Below are positions 26,440-39,459 of a stretch of DNA of 64,000 nt, in pieces. Below the pieces are notes generated by a model, which saw only the letters and a program-made list of their open reading frames with translations, ran no database searches and was not told the origin of the DNA. Numbering within the stretch: position 1 is the first letter of the stretch; each line of letters starts with the position of its first letter. The position numbers were made by a program, and so were the translations under genes. The stretch covers positions 371,132,001 through 371,196,000 of the forward strand of contig OZ024741.1 in NCBI GenBank assembly GCA_964016885.1, given 5' to 3'. This stretch comes from Eledone cirrhosa. Lineage: Eukaryota.

Positions 26440-29400
26440 GATATGATGGATGGACTAGGAAATTCTGGAGAGTCTGAAAAAAATCTGGACACTGAGTGAC
26501 AATGCCAAAGATAAAGACAAATTCACCTCATGCTGCCGAACGAAAAGGCAAGGACTCCTCCTCTTTGTTTCAGCCGCGGATGACCAACATAACCCCAACC
26601 CCTTCACCCCTCCCCGCGCCCCACCGTTCCCATCCACCAAACGCAATCCAAAACTTCAGAGCTGGTACCACGAATGTAGGCACCTTAAAAGGTCGCTCTA
26701 ACGAGGTTGTAGAAATGCTTGAACGCAAGGAGGTTGATGTTTGCTGTATCCAAGAGACCAGGTGGAGGGGTGGGCCTGCTAGATTCATTGTGGGTAAAAA
26801 AACGATGCTATAAGCTTTTCTGGGTGGGAAATGACAATGGGCTGGGTGGTGTAGGAATCATGTTAGCAGAAAAATGGGTAGATAAAATAATAGACGTAAA
26901 TAGAGTGAACGACAGAATAATTAAAATAAGACTTGTCCTAAATAGAACTACTGTAACAGTAATATCTGCGTGTGCACCCCAATCCGGACTGCCTGGCGTT
27001 TAAAAGACAGATTCTATGAGACATTGATGCTCACGACCTCCAAAATAACCGACAGTGACTACATAATTATTGCTGGCAACCTAAATGGTCACATTGGACA
27101 ACATTGTGATGGCTATGACGGAATCCATGGAGGCTATGGGTTTGGTACTAGAAATGAGGAAGGCGCCAGAATCCTGGAATTCTGTGACACAAATAACCTA
27201 ATTGTCTGTAACACTAACTTAAAAAAATGAGACAATCACTTGATCACCTATAGATCAGGGGAACACGCCAGTCAGATAGATTAAATCCTTACCAGGAGAC
27301 GTGATAGAGTGTCTATCGTAAACACTAAATCCCTCCCCCATGAAGAATGCACCTCCCAACATAGACTCATAGTCAGCGACCTCGTAGTCAGGACAAGACG
27401 TACTCGACAACAGAGGAGGACTATCCTCAGGAGAAAAATATGGAAGCTAAAGGACCCCACAGCCAGTAATAAATTTAAAAGCATATTACTTGATGCTTTT
27501 GACAGTAAGGAAGAGCAATTAGTCGTACAATATAGAGGAACAGTGGGAATTCCTGAAAGCTAACCTGCTGAAGGCGGCAGATGATGTCTGTGGCTGGAGC
27601 AGGCCTATAGGCAGGAGGAGAGTAACGTGGTGGTGGAACAGTAAGGTGGAGGAGTCAATTAAGGCCAAAAAGCAGACTTGGAAAGTATGGTGGGATGGGG
27701 GAAGTAGTATAATAAGTAAGGCAATCAAAGATATGAAGACAGGTAAGGCGGCTGGACCTTCGGAAATAATTGCTGAAATGCTGAAAGCATCTGGAACGGT
27801 GGGACACACTATGGTCACCCTGATAGTAAACCAAGTCATACAGAATGGGGTCGTTCCGAAGGACTGGCGTAGCAGCATCATCATTAACTGCTACAAGGGT
27901 AAAGGAGATGCCCTAGATAGGGGTAACTATAGAGGCATTAAATTAATCGACCAGGTCATGAAGATCACAGAAAAAGTAATAGCGCAACTAATCAGAGAGC
28001 GAATTGATCTAGATGAAATGCAGTTCGGGTTTGTGTCAGGTAAAAGTACCACAGACGCTCTTTTCATTGTACGACAACTACAGGAGAAGTACCTAGCTAA
28101 GAGTAAACCCCTATACTTAGCTTTTGTTGACTTGGAGAAAGCCTTTGACAGAGACCCCCGCTCCATTATCTGGTGGGCTCTTAGAAAACTAGGAGTTGAC
28201 GAATGGCTTGTGAGGGCTATACAAGCCATGTATAAAGAAACAGTCAGCAAGGTTAGAATTAACAACGAATATAGTGAAGAGTTTAGCGTAAAGGTTGGTG
28301 TTCATCAGGGCTCCGTCGTTAGCCCCCTCCTATTTATTATTGCCCTCCAGGCTATAACAGAGGAGTTCAAGACCAGCTGCCCATGGGAACTCCTATACGC
28401 AGATGATCTAACGCTCATAGCTGAATCAATGGCCGAACTAGAGAAGAAATTCCAAATATGGAATCATGGCCTAGAATCAAAAGGCCTTAAAATTAACCTG
28501 TCTAAGACTAAAGTTCTAGTTTGTAGGAAGGAAAATAGGGCACCAGTCCCATCTGGGAAATGGCCATGCTCAGGAAAGGATAGGCAGAAACTCCATTTTA
28601 TATCCCAAATGCAAAGTATGGGTGCATAAAAGATGTAGTGGGATCACAGGTAAGCTAACTAAGAATATAGATTTTATATGTGGCCGGTGCTCTGATGCAA
28701 TAAGTAGCAGCAAGTGCCCACAGAATACTAGCTCATTCCATTGCCCAGATGGTTCTATAGAAATAGTGGACAACTTCCGTTACCTGGGTGACAAAATCAG
28801 CAGTGGTGGAGGGTTCTCCGAAAGTACAGTAGCTAGAGTCAGAACGGGATGGAAAAAGTTCAGAGAGCTTATACCACTATTGGCCGCTAAAGGGTTCTCA
28901 CTAAAAATGAAAGGCAGGCTGTATGATGCCTGCATACGAACAGCAATTTGCATGACAGTGAGACCTGGGCATTGTGTGCAGAGGATATACGCAGACTGGA
29001 GAGGAACGAAGCTTGCATGCTCCGCCGGATGTGTAATAGTAATATACGTGAACGGCAAAGGAGAAATTAGGAATAAGAGGGATCAGATGCTGTTTACTCG
29101 AGAGAAGACTACGTTGGTATGGTCACGTGATGCGCATGAAAGACGACAGCTGTATAAAAAAGTGCAGGGCGATAAAAATAGACGGTAGCCACGGAGTAGG
29201 TAGACCCAGAAAAACCTGGGACGACTTGCTAAATTCCGACCTCACACACACCTCTCCAAGACAATGTCACTGGACCGAGATCTTTGGCGATACAGAGTAA
29301 TACAGAAGACCCGCCTTGCCTAAGTACAAAGCGTAACCTACAGTCAGTAGGCACCTCTAGCAAAATACACCCTCGGCCCCACTACCCCCACCCCATCCTC

Positions 29401-29712
29401 ACCACCCCTTCCAATGTAAAGTTATGTTGGTACCACAGCATCCAGTCCGAAACAAATGAGGGCGTGTAGGTGTCACGACAAAAAACACACAATCCACGCT
29501 GTAATGTGGCCGTGTAGGCAACACGGTAAAAACCTCCCAGTCCACACTGTAAACGTAGTTGGTGTTAGGAAGGGCATCCAGCCGTAGAAAACCCGCCAGA
29601 CAGTCCTATACGAGCAAGACAACCAATCTTGCCTCAAGTGGGAAAATTCCCGTCCAAACCCATGCTAGCATGGAAGATGGACGTTAAACGACGATGATGA
29701 TGATGATGATGA
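26440..29712 (+). mobile_element. Degenerate, near full-length RTE LINE (related to family A) with frameshifts and an internal deletion near 27700
   Basis: [36 protein letters not shown], partial PHD, (GAT)n tail; 5' boundary approximate. Confidence 0.9.
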
Positions 29713-30934
29713 GAGCAGAGGGTCAAAATGAATACAAAAAAAGCATTCCATCTGACATTCTAACAACTCTGCTAATTCACTGCCTTTCGATAAAACAAGT
29801 ACCAAATTGAAAGTACTGGAGTTAATATGATTTACCCTTGAATGCAATGCTGCAGCATGGAAACAATCCGATAACAAAACCCAAAAATGTGATTGCTTCT
29901 ATTTTTTTACTTATAAACTTTTCAAGCTGACGAAGAAATTGATATTTTTTAAACCTTTTTGACACCAACGAACTAAAAAATGCCTTTGGTCTATAAAACA
30001 GAACCACTCATTTTACAGAGCTTCTATTTAAGTTAAAATCTTCCAACATAATTTGATATAAGAAGCTTTTGTTAAGTAGTTTTATAAATAACATCTTAAT
30101 AATTGCCAAAATGATTAATTATTTTATTATCTCCAAATTTTTCATTAATTAATTTAAAGACAGTGTAATTTTATTAGAAATGTAGTCAGAAAAGGGTTAT
30201 GTTGATATAGATTATGTAACTAATACACAAAAAAAGAAAAAAATTGTGACATAAATGATGTTTTCTAGATAAATTGATTTATGATGTACAGACAAAGTCA
30301 GATCTAGATAAATATTACTGATACTGTAAATATAAGTAATGATATTTTATAAGATTAATTTAAAAAAGAACTGTAATACTTGTTGTTTAGCCCAAGGTCT
30401 GACCTGATTGTGTAGAGCTCTGATCAAAAGTAATCATTCTTTACTATTTTTAGTGTCCTTACTTTTTAGGATGCTATTTCTAGAAGTTCAAGTAACCATG
30501 TAAAGGATCCTTTCTGGCTTGCGTTATTTAGTCCCAGGTCCCTCACAATCCAGGATCTGCACAAAACAATTCACCAAATCCTTCTGTCTTAGAAACACCA
30601 GGAAATACCTCCTCTGCTGGATATTTCATATTTCCTGCAGATATTCAAACTGAGCAGCAACTGTATTAATCCCATCAATCACAGAATCCCTACAATATCT
30701 CCTTATTTGATCATAAAAGTAGTATCTTGGCTCTGGAGAGAATGAAGCATTGGGGACCAGATTTAACCCACAAATTCCTTGATAAGTTAAAGCTGTACCT
30801 GTAAATCTATTCTCATTTCTCCTTATATAACAGATGAACAACTATATTTTCTTTGTTTGCTTCCTCTTATCTGACGTGTTGCAATTGAATGTTGACATTG
30901 TATCTATACCATTACATATTAAAATTGAGGTTCA

Positions 30935-31390
30935 TGTTGGTCCCATGACAAAAAGCATCCAGTCCACCCTATAAGGTTGTTGTGCTGGTGCCATGATAAA
31001 AAAGAACCCTGTCCACCCTGTAAAGTGGTCGTGCTGGTACCATGACAAAAAGTACCCTGTCTATTCTGTAGGGCGGTCGTATTTGTCCCACAACAAAAAG
31101 CACCCTGTCAACCCTGTAAAGTGGTAATGCAGGGGCCACAACATAAAGAACCTGTCCACCTTGTAATGTGGTTGTGCTGGTGTCATGATAAAAAGCATCT
31201 TGTCCACCCTATAAAGTGGTTATGTTGGTGTCACAACAACAAGCACTCGGTCCACCCTGTAAGGTGGTAATACTGGAGCCATGGCAAAAACCAGCCTATA
31301 AGGTGGTAGTGCTGGTGCCATGAAAAAAAAATTGCTGTACATGCTGTAATGTGGTTGGCAATAGCAAGGGCATTCAGTTAGAGAAAACCA
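30935..31390 (+). repeat. ~9 degenerate ~46-bp tandem units derived from the RTE 3'UTR subrepeat
   Basis: gtccaccctgtaaagtggtcgtgctggtgccatgacaaaaagcacc-like units, followed by a decayed ggaagggcatcc motif. Confidence 0.8.
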
Positions 31391-31584
31391 AGCCTAAAGC
31401 GAAGCATAAGTTGTTATCTTGTTTAACAGTGAAAAAGAGCCTGTAAATGGTTGATCAACTTGTTAGAACTAGTAACTAAATTTCTCTCATAGAAAATTCT
31501 ACTATCTTAAAAAAAGAAGGCAGGACATAACTCTTAATATAGTCTTTGATACACTATCTCTGAAAAACAAAAATTGACAAAGTT

Positions 31585-31716
31585 GTTAGAACATTGGATA
31601 GTTTGTGGTATTCGGTCCAGCTCTCTGCTCCCTGAATTCAAATCCTGCTAAGATCAACTTTGCCTTTCATCCTTTCGAGGTCAATAAAAAAACTACCAGT
31701 CTAGTACTGGGTTCAA
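31585..31716 (+). mobile_element. tRNA-derived SINE (Meta-SINE-like core)
   Basis: gaattcaaatcc..aactttgcctttcatcctttcgaggtcaataaaa..taccagt. Confidence 0.75.
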
Positions 31717-31971
31717 TTCTTCTGTAATTCTTTCTCACTTTCTATCCTTCTCCGGAAGAAATCTGCTGTACTCAGACCTGGAGAGGGTTGGGTGCCATGA
31801 GGCTTAAAATACCCAAGAAATGCTGTATGCCAATACAGCGCCCCTACAACTCTATCAAGAGTTACAGGACCAACCATTCCATACATCTAGATATATATTT
31901 AATCAATTAGAATAATTGAACACCTAAGCCATTATAATGCTTTGATTTAAGGTTATAAATCTCTGCTTCAT

Positions 31972-32260
31972 CGATTAACGTCTATCTTCCACACTAGCAT
32001 GGGTTAGACGGGTTTGTCCCAATTAGAGGCAAGGTGGGTTGGGCGACCGTGTCTCTCTCATATAGGAGAGTTTCTGGCTGGATGCCCTTCCTAATGCCAA
32101 CCACATTGACAGTATGTGCTGGGTGCTTTTTGCCGTGTCTTTTACATGTCCACTTTACAGTGTGGGCTGGGTGTTTTGGGACTGGTTTTCTACGACTGGA
32201 TGCCCTTCCTAACGCCAACCACATTTACAGTGTGTGCTGAGTACTTTTTGTCATGACACC
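31972..32260 (-). mobile_element. RTE 3'UTR-derived non-autonomous element (duplicated ggaagggcatcc module)
   Basis: Reverse complement of ttaggaagggcatccag..aacccatgctag..gacgttaa. Confidence 0.8.
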
Positions 32261-33769
32261 TACACAATAAGGCACAAATATATAATGTTTTGATTATAGT
32301 GTTTAATCATGCATAAGTTACATCTTTTTTCCATAATTGGTGATCTACATGATAAACACACCCAGTTCACTTTGTAAAGTGGTTGGTGATAGGAAGGGCT
32401 TCCAGGTATAGAAGACCTGTCAAAGAAAGGGTCAGGAGGACTGTTCAGCCGTGTCAGGAACATAACAACTTCCCTAGTATTGGAGCCATGATAAATACAC
32501 AGGATCATGTGGCAGGTCCCCAGCCCACATGGAGGTGAATAGCTCCACACAGAGTGGACTGGTCTCTGACTGTGGCTGAAACAGTTTCAAAGCAAGACAA
32601 ACAATCAATGTGTTTTCTCTCCTTAACTGGCTTACATGTCTGAGACACATTTGAAAGAGGGTAATAACCCTGAAATATCATGCTGCAATACACTAGGTAA
32701 AACATTACTCTGTTTTATTTGTCATCGTTTTCCCTTTGTATATTTCTACTGCATTGTACCAGCTTTTTGAAAATTATTGGCCTTTTATTATATATCTCAA
32801 TGCTTTGTATTTACTACACTAAAATAAGATATGTAAAACAAGGTTTGAAATCATGATCCAATATACCAAATATTTCAATATTCTACTCAAACATTTCACA
32901 TATACAATAGTAAAAAAAGGAGGAGGAATTATTGTTTAAAATTTAACACTGAACTTTGAGAATCTTTCATAATTTCAGTCATTGACATTTATATATATTT
33001 TGTGAGCCCTTATTTTTATTTTAAAACCCCTTCAGATTACTTTGATTTTGAACCCTTGAAAATCTTATCAGAATAAGTTTGAAGTGGTTACTGCTTGTCT
33101 AGATATGGTGCTTCAAATGAACGACTTAACTTCTTTTACTGTGTCAACCAACTCTTTATCTGTTATCTTGTCAATGTGATAAAGTTGATACTCCAAGGTT
33201 GAGACAGTATCATATATTTGTGTTATCTTAACCCTTTCGATACCAAATCGCCTGAAATAGGTCCTGAATCTGTGATACAAAACTGTTTCTTTTAAAGTCT
33301 TTATATTTATCTAAAAAAACCATCCATCTTAATTTTAATGCAGGAACCTTTGTTAAGTTATGTTCCAAATACCAGTTGAATAATGAGAAAGTTAGTTATA
33401 TTATTAATTTTCTCTGAACTCTTGATTATTTTCTATATTATTTGAAAATCATAGGCCATGTCTTTCATGAGAGGGATAAGTTTTGAATATAGAGTGAAGG
33501 CTGTTCATGAGTTTTTGTATTTTGTTGTAATGTCATTCTCTGCAATGATGCTAGGTTTATCTTGTTATAAGAAAGGAAAAGAACTAATCATCAGATTGGA
33601 CCCAGGAAACAATGATTCCAATAGTCTTTTTGTTTCTGATACTGTTTGTTGGTCACAACTCTTGATAGAAGGTGGTGGAATTTGTCCAACCTGTATGATA
33701 ATCTAGAGTCCATTACAAGGAGGTCATACTGGTAACATGACAAGTGGCAGCTCCAAATGCACTCAGTAA

Positions 33770-34262
33770 GATGGTTGTGCTGAAAAAGAAACACTCAATC
33801 CACCCTGTAGGGTGGTTGTGCTGGTGACACTACAAAAAGTGCCCTATCCACCATGTAAGGTAGTCATGCTGGTGACACGATAAAAAGTGTCCAGTCGACC
33901 CTGTAAGGTGGTTCTGCTGGTGGTATGACACAAAAGTGCTCAGTCGACTCTATAAGAGGCTCAGGCTGGGAATATGACAAAAAGCACACAGTCCCACCTA
34001 TAAGTTGGTTGTGCTGATGACATTCCCAAAACTACCCAGTCTGTCCTGTTAGATAGTCATTTTGGTGCCACAATAAAAAGCACCCAGACCACACTGTAAT
34101 ATGGTTGGTGTTAGGAAGGGCAATCAGTTGTAGAAACCAATCCAAATTACAGATCCATATGAGCAAAATGTGATCACTGAACCTAAATGTTCTCATAATG
34201 CCACAACCCATCTAACCCATGCAAGCATGGAAAATGGATGTTAGACGATGATGGTGATGATT
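33770..34262 (+). mobile_element. RTE 3'UTR-derived element with ~7 expanded ~46-bp subrepeats
   Basis: Subrepeats, then ttaggaagggcaatcag, aacccatgcaagcatggaaaatggatgttagac(gat)n. Confidence 0.8.
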
Positions 34263-34574
34263 ATGTAAGGATTTTTTTATCAATTTCCAAGTGTTTTTAA
34301 AGTCATGTTTATTCAAAACACATAAAAAACAATAGGAAAAATAAATTTCACCTCCGAAGTGAAACTGGTGTAATATTCACCTCTGAAGCGAAAATGTTTT
34401 AGCACCTCATTTACATAGAATTTGAAGTTGGTGAAAATCGGCAAAATATTGACCTCCACCCAGTTTACTATCAATTCTTTTTGTCACATATGTATGTATG
34501 TACATATGTATGTATGTATGTATATATGTATGTAAATATGTATGTATATATATGTATGTATATATGTATGTATG

Positions 34575-35186
34575 TCTCCAGTTGGTGCTACTGGTAACAT
34601 GTATCTCAGTACAACCTGTCTCATGGTCGGGTCGTTGGCGACTAAACTGGCAACCCCACCAAGGTTTCTTGGTGAGGAGGGTGACTTTGAACATCCTGCA
34701 GGACTAAAAACAAAACCTGTCAAAGGGCAAAGGAGCTCTTAAGAGTCAATGGCCATCCAAAATCACCGGGAGAGATGACCCCTTAGCCTTTGTCAAGGCA
34801 GAATTCTAGGAGAAGGAAAACTCTGATATAACACCTGCAACCCTGATGGTATCCAATGATGTTGACTTGTTCTTCTTTTTGGTAAATATCTTCTTGGTTA
34901 AGAGAGTGGGACTGGCTTTGTGCAGGGCTTTTGCTCACTATAAAAGCTTCACGGCACAGGCATTGCTTTATATCTGGAGATCTCTCTGCACTTGTCGTCA
35001 CATGGTACCATGGGCCCAGCACTATGTGTCAATAATTGTCACAAGTGTAGTGTTTGTACCAGAGTTTTCAAGTCGCTGGCTGGACTAAAAAGTCATACTC
35101 GTTCAGCGCATCGGTAGGGGTTCTCCTACATGGATATAAAGTAGTGGCCGTACTCGAAAACGAGTTGGCAGCCACCATGGATGTAT
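34575..35186 (+). mobile_element. Internally deleted RTE-type element: 5'UTR head + C2H2-encoding 3' end, in (TATG)n
   Basis: gtcgttggcgactaa and ctaggagaaggaaaactctg 5'UTR-type motifs; CSVCTRVFKSLAGLKSHTRSAH* at 35046-35117; ctcgaaaacgag hairpin; tatg tail. Confidence 0.6.
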
Positions 35187-35962
35187 GTATGTTATCTCTT
35201 TCTCTTAATTTCGAGTATATTTTTTTGACCGGCCACCTTCCTGGTGACAAGGTTGTAAAAGAAAAGAAATTGTCATCCCTTGAATCGCAAGAATGTTTTG
35301 CAAATTTTGAAGGTGCCAGCTATCGCAGCCATTTGTAGACTATGAATTAAGGAGCTGCGCTCTTTGTCCGCAAATCCAAGTTCAGTCATACTTTGGTCCA
35401 AACGGGTTGGTATATAACCCGTAGCTCCAATAATGATGAGTATGAAGCTAAAGGTGTATCTTGGATACTGGATTTGCAAACTCCTCATCAATGGTCCGTA
35501 GATGTCCTCCTTCTGTATTTTTCTGACAACGTTTACATCAAGTGGGCAGCTGATCTCCACAACAGAACACGTTTTCAATGTGTGGTCCCAAACTACAATA
35601 TCAGGCCGGTTGTGCTTTAATTTGGTGGCAGTTTTTATTTTCAGGTTCCACCAGTATTCCTTAGTGCCATCTGTCTAAATATATTCTTCCTCGTTTATTG
35701 TTAATTTTGTTTTCCGAAGTGCGTTCCAGATGGTTCTAGCTATCCCATCGTGTCTCATGGGGAGGTAGTAGTGAGATGACATTCTTTCGCAGCTGGCAAC
35801 AATGTGGCTTACATCCTCGATCTTTGTTTTACATAGCCTACATTTGTTGTCAGCTGATGGCCCTCCCCTTTTGTGCAGCAGATATTTGGTAGGGAGTTCT
35901 TGTTCCTGTATTGCATAGAGATATCCCTCAAGGTGTGATGTCATAAACTTGTCGGAACTCCA
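35187..35962 (-). mobile_element. 5'-truncated R4/Dong-type (RLE endonuclease) non-LTR retrotransposon
   Basis: EGYLYAIQEQ, CRLC..H..SC knuckle, RHD, KHNRPDIVVWD..VVEISCP (PD-(D/E)xK-type), IIIGATG. Confidence 0.88.
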
Positions 35963-36119
35963 TGTAGTGTTTGTACCAGAGTTTTCAAGTCGCTGGCTGG
36001 AGTAAAATGTCAGACTCGTTCAGCGCATCGGTAGGGGTGCTCCTACGTGGATATAAAGTAGTGGCCGTACTCGAAAACGAGTTGGCAGCCACCATGTATG
36101 TATATATATATGTATGTAT

Positions 36120-36335
36120 GTAAAGTGGTCGTGTAGGAAACATGATAAAAGGCTCCCAGTCCACACTGTAAATGTGGTTGGTACTAGGAAGGGCATCCAG
36201 CCGTAGAAAACCTGCCAGATACAGTCCTATACGAATGAGACACAGTCACCCGATCAATCTTGCCTCAAGTGGGACAATTCCTCATCTAACCCATGTTAGC
36301 ATGGAAGATAGACGTTAAACGATGATGATGATGAT
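36120..36335 (+). mobile_element. RTE 3'UTR-derived element
   Basis: aggaagggcatccagccgtagaaaacc..aacccatg..gacgttaaac(gat)n. Confidence 0.85.
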
Positions 36336-36760
36336 TTCTCAAGTTATATACGATAAGAACTGAGGTCGATATAATCAACTTTCTCCTTCCACCAAATTGC
36401 TGGCCTTGTTCCAATATTAGAAAGTAATATTCTGCAGAAAATTGAAACACTATATTTTTCCTATTAATCATTTCTTATTTGAAATCTGGCTTGACCATTT
36501 CATAAGAAACCTGTTATCAGTTGGTTACTATTTGGTGACCATGTTCTACTACTACTACTACTATACTCAAGTATGAGTTCGTATTATGTACCATGTTTTC
36601 ACTGATGGTTTTAGGTACCCATGCAGTCGGAAATAGTTCCAGACACCCTCCTATCCCTCTCCTTTGATCCATCAGAACATCCAGAGTGTAATAGCTGGAA
36701 AGGAAAAGGGGTTGCAACAACACTGAGTTAATACATTTTTATTGACTCTGAATGGTCAAC

Positions 36761-37053
36761 AGAGATGTAAGACTAATATCCAACATTCTAAAGACTCTGC
36801 CAGAGATGTAGGACTAATATCCTACACTCTAAAGATTCTGCCAGAGATGTAGGACTAATATCTTACACTCTAAAGATTCTGCCAGAGATGTAGGACTAAT
36901 ATCCTACACTCTAAAGATTCTGCCAGAGATGTAGGACTAATATCCAACATTCTAAAGACTTTGCCAGAGATGTAGAACTAATATCCTACACTCTAAAGAT
37001 TCTGCCAGATATGTTGAACTAATATCCAACAGTCTAAAGACTCTGCCAGAGAT
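36761..37053 (+). repeat. 41-bp minisatellite, 7 copies, each with an internal hairpin
   Basis: agagatgtaggactaatatcctacactctaaagattctgcc at 41-bp spacing. Confidence 0.95.
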
Positions 37054-37578
37054 CATCATCATTACCGTTTTACATCCATTCTTCCACGCTAGCATGGGTT
37101 AGATGGGTTGTCCTGTTGTGGGCAGGTCAGGCGACCATGCCTTGCTCATACAGAATTGATTTTGGCTTGATTTTTACAGCTTGAAGCCCTTCCTAACACC
37201 AACCTCATTTACAGTGACTACTGGGTGCTTTTTCACCATGGCGCCTACTTTACAGTGGGAGAGGGAGGGGGTATACTGTCTATATGCTTCAGCTTGTACG
37301 CGTGGGAAGTCGGGTCTTCTGTATTACTGCGTAACGCCAGAGGTCTCGGTCCTGTGTCATCGCCTTTGAGAGGTGCAATTGGGTACGGTCAGCTTTTATC
37401 ACCTCATCCCAGGTCTTCTTGGGTCTTCCCACTCCGTGGCATCCATCAACTTTTAGTGCTCTGCAACTTGTTATGCAGCTGTCATCCTTCATATGCATCA
37501 CATGTGCATACCAACATAATCTCCTCTCCTGCACACAGCATTTGATTCATCTTTTGCTTAGTCTCTCTCTCAATTCGT
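37051..37578 (-). mobile_element. 5'-truncated RTE family A copy
   Basis: Translates [34 protein letters not shown]; same 3'UTR as 13004-13307. Confidence 0.9.
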
Positions 37579-37744
37579 TTAAACAAATTTCCAACATTCT
37601 AAAGACTCTGCTAAATCAACTGCTTTAGTAAAAATGTAGAAATTCTGTTTTATGTAAAATTATCAATATACAGAAAAAATTATAATTTTGTTATCGGTAA
37701 ATCTAAAAGAATGCCAAGATAAGGTTCAACTATAAATATATATA

Positions 37745-38625
37745 CAGGGTGCGGACAATATTTGTTCGCAAGATTACTGTCTAGGAAAAAATAACACAGT
37801 AGTTTTATTTTTTAAGATATATTTATCAAACTTGGGTCAGTTTGTCTTCATGACTTGTTCTTTCGATCTCACTCGATAAACCCGCCATTGGCTTTGATGA
37901 CGGCCTCAAAGCGGCTACAGGCCTTCGTCACTGTCCCCCGACTTAGGCCCCTAAAGGCATTTATGATCCTGGCCTTCAGATCATCTTTCGTATTGCAGCT
38001 AGATCTGTTGGTGTCTCGTTCCACTGTGCCCCACACAAAGAAGTCGAGGGGGTTGCAGTCAGGCGAGCTGGGAGGCCAGATGTTAGGTGAAGTGTGGTCG
38101 ACAAAGTTCTCTGACAGACAGGCTTGGGTCTTTCGGCTGGTATGGCAGGGCGCTGAGTCTTGCTGCCACACGTATGGCCTACCTGCAGCTACCTGGTCGA
38201 TCCAGGGCTTTACCACCTCGCTCAGAACGCGGATGTAGCCATTGGTGTTCAGCTTGAGGCCCTCAGGGAAGAAGTGAGGTGGCATGACGTCACCTTGACT
38301 GCTGACGACACCTAAGACCAATGTTGTCGCTGGAAAATTTGTCTGCATGACTCTGGGCACGTCTTTGGATGAGACAGTAAGCCATCTGTTGTTCTGGGAG
38401 TTGATCTTCTGGTCTTATTTGTCCTCCCGGAGCGGATTCCAAGAAGAACTCCGTGTCTCTTCCACAATTTTCAAGGTTCAAAATTATTCATAATCAATTA
38501 TTCTGAAAATAAATAATGGAAATATAGTCACTGTCTTTATGAAGACAAGAGTGACAACGGAAGTAAAAAAAAATGTGCATAAAATTAGCAGTTGAAAATT
38601 GCGAACAAATATCGTCTGCACCCTG
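37745..38625 (-). mobile_element. Internally deleted Tc1/mariner DD37D (maT) transposon
   Basis: 27-bp TIRs cagggtgcggacaatatttgttcgcaa (2 mismatches), TA duplications; ORF 37869-38360 QDSAPCH..WPPSSPDCNPLD with 37 residues between the last two Asp. Confidence 0.92.
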
Positions 38626-38652
38626 TATATTTAACAATATTTTTGTTTTGAG

Positions 38653-38950
38653 CTTACTATATATTACTACACTTACTATATAATACTATATATACTACAC
38701 TTATATAATATTATATATACTACACTTATTATATAATACTATATATACTACACTTACTATATAATACTATATATACTACACTTACTATATAATACTATAT
38801 ATACTACACTTATATAATATTATATGTACTACACTATATATACTGTCCTACCCTTGCAAGCAGGGAAAAGCGGACGTAAAATGATGATGATGACTACACT
38901 TACTATATAATACTATATATACTACACTTACTATATAATACTATATATAA
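38653..38950 (+). repeat. ~27-bp AT-rich minisatellite with an RTE family B tail inserted at ~38843-38892
   Basis: tactacacttactatataatactata units; cccttgcaagcagggaaaagcggacgtaaaatgatgatg insert. Confidence 0.88.
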
Positions 38951-39042
38951 GACAATAGAGAATATAAATAAATATGAAAGTGCCACAATCTGTTTCTTAT
39001 TTATTCAGATACAACCACCACATTGTGTGTATTATGTTATAA

Positions 39043-39229
39043 GGGTGGTGGATTGGCAGTATTGGTAGAGGGTCAAACGCCATGCTTTAACGCATAGAGT
39101 TATGGCCCTTGCTTTTCTGAGTTCAAATCCCGCCGAGGTTAACTTTGCCTTTCATCCTTACGGGGTCGATAAAATAAAGTACCAGTAATACACTGGGTAT
39201 TTGCTGGCCTTGCGCCAAAAGTAGAAACA
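39043..39229 (+). mobile_element. tRNA-derived SINE with 12-bp TSD
   Basis: A/B-box-like head, Meta-like core; TSD attatgttataa at 39031-39042 and 39230-39241. Confidence 0.88.
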
Positions 39230-39459
39230 ATTATGTTATAATTAATGTCAAATTTATAAAGAAAAAAATATTTTTGGTCTACAAATGAAACCTGAAAAAT
39301 GTACTATTTACTTAGAAGACATAATACAATGATTTGGATGAGGGTAGAATGTTTAGTGTTTAGAGTGGCTGATTAAATGTCTTGCAGTATTCCAGCTCTT
39401 TACATTCTAACTTCAAGTCTTGCTGAAGTCAACTTTTCCTTTCATATTTCTGGAATAAA

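Noticed and set aside
30610-30841. Possible minus-strand exon (71-aa ORF with an AG acceptor)
   Set aside because: No recognisable homology, and a stop occurs before the nearest donor.
36761-37053. CRISPR-like palindromic repeats (also the 46-bp arrays at 30935 and 33770 and the 33-bp array at 24025)
   Set aside because: Head-to-tail units without unique spacers, no cas genes, eukaryotic context.
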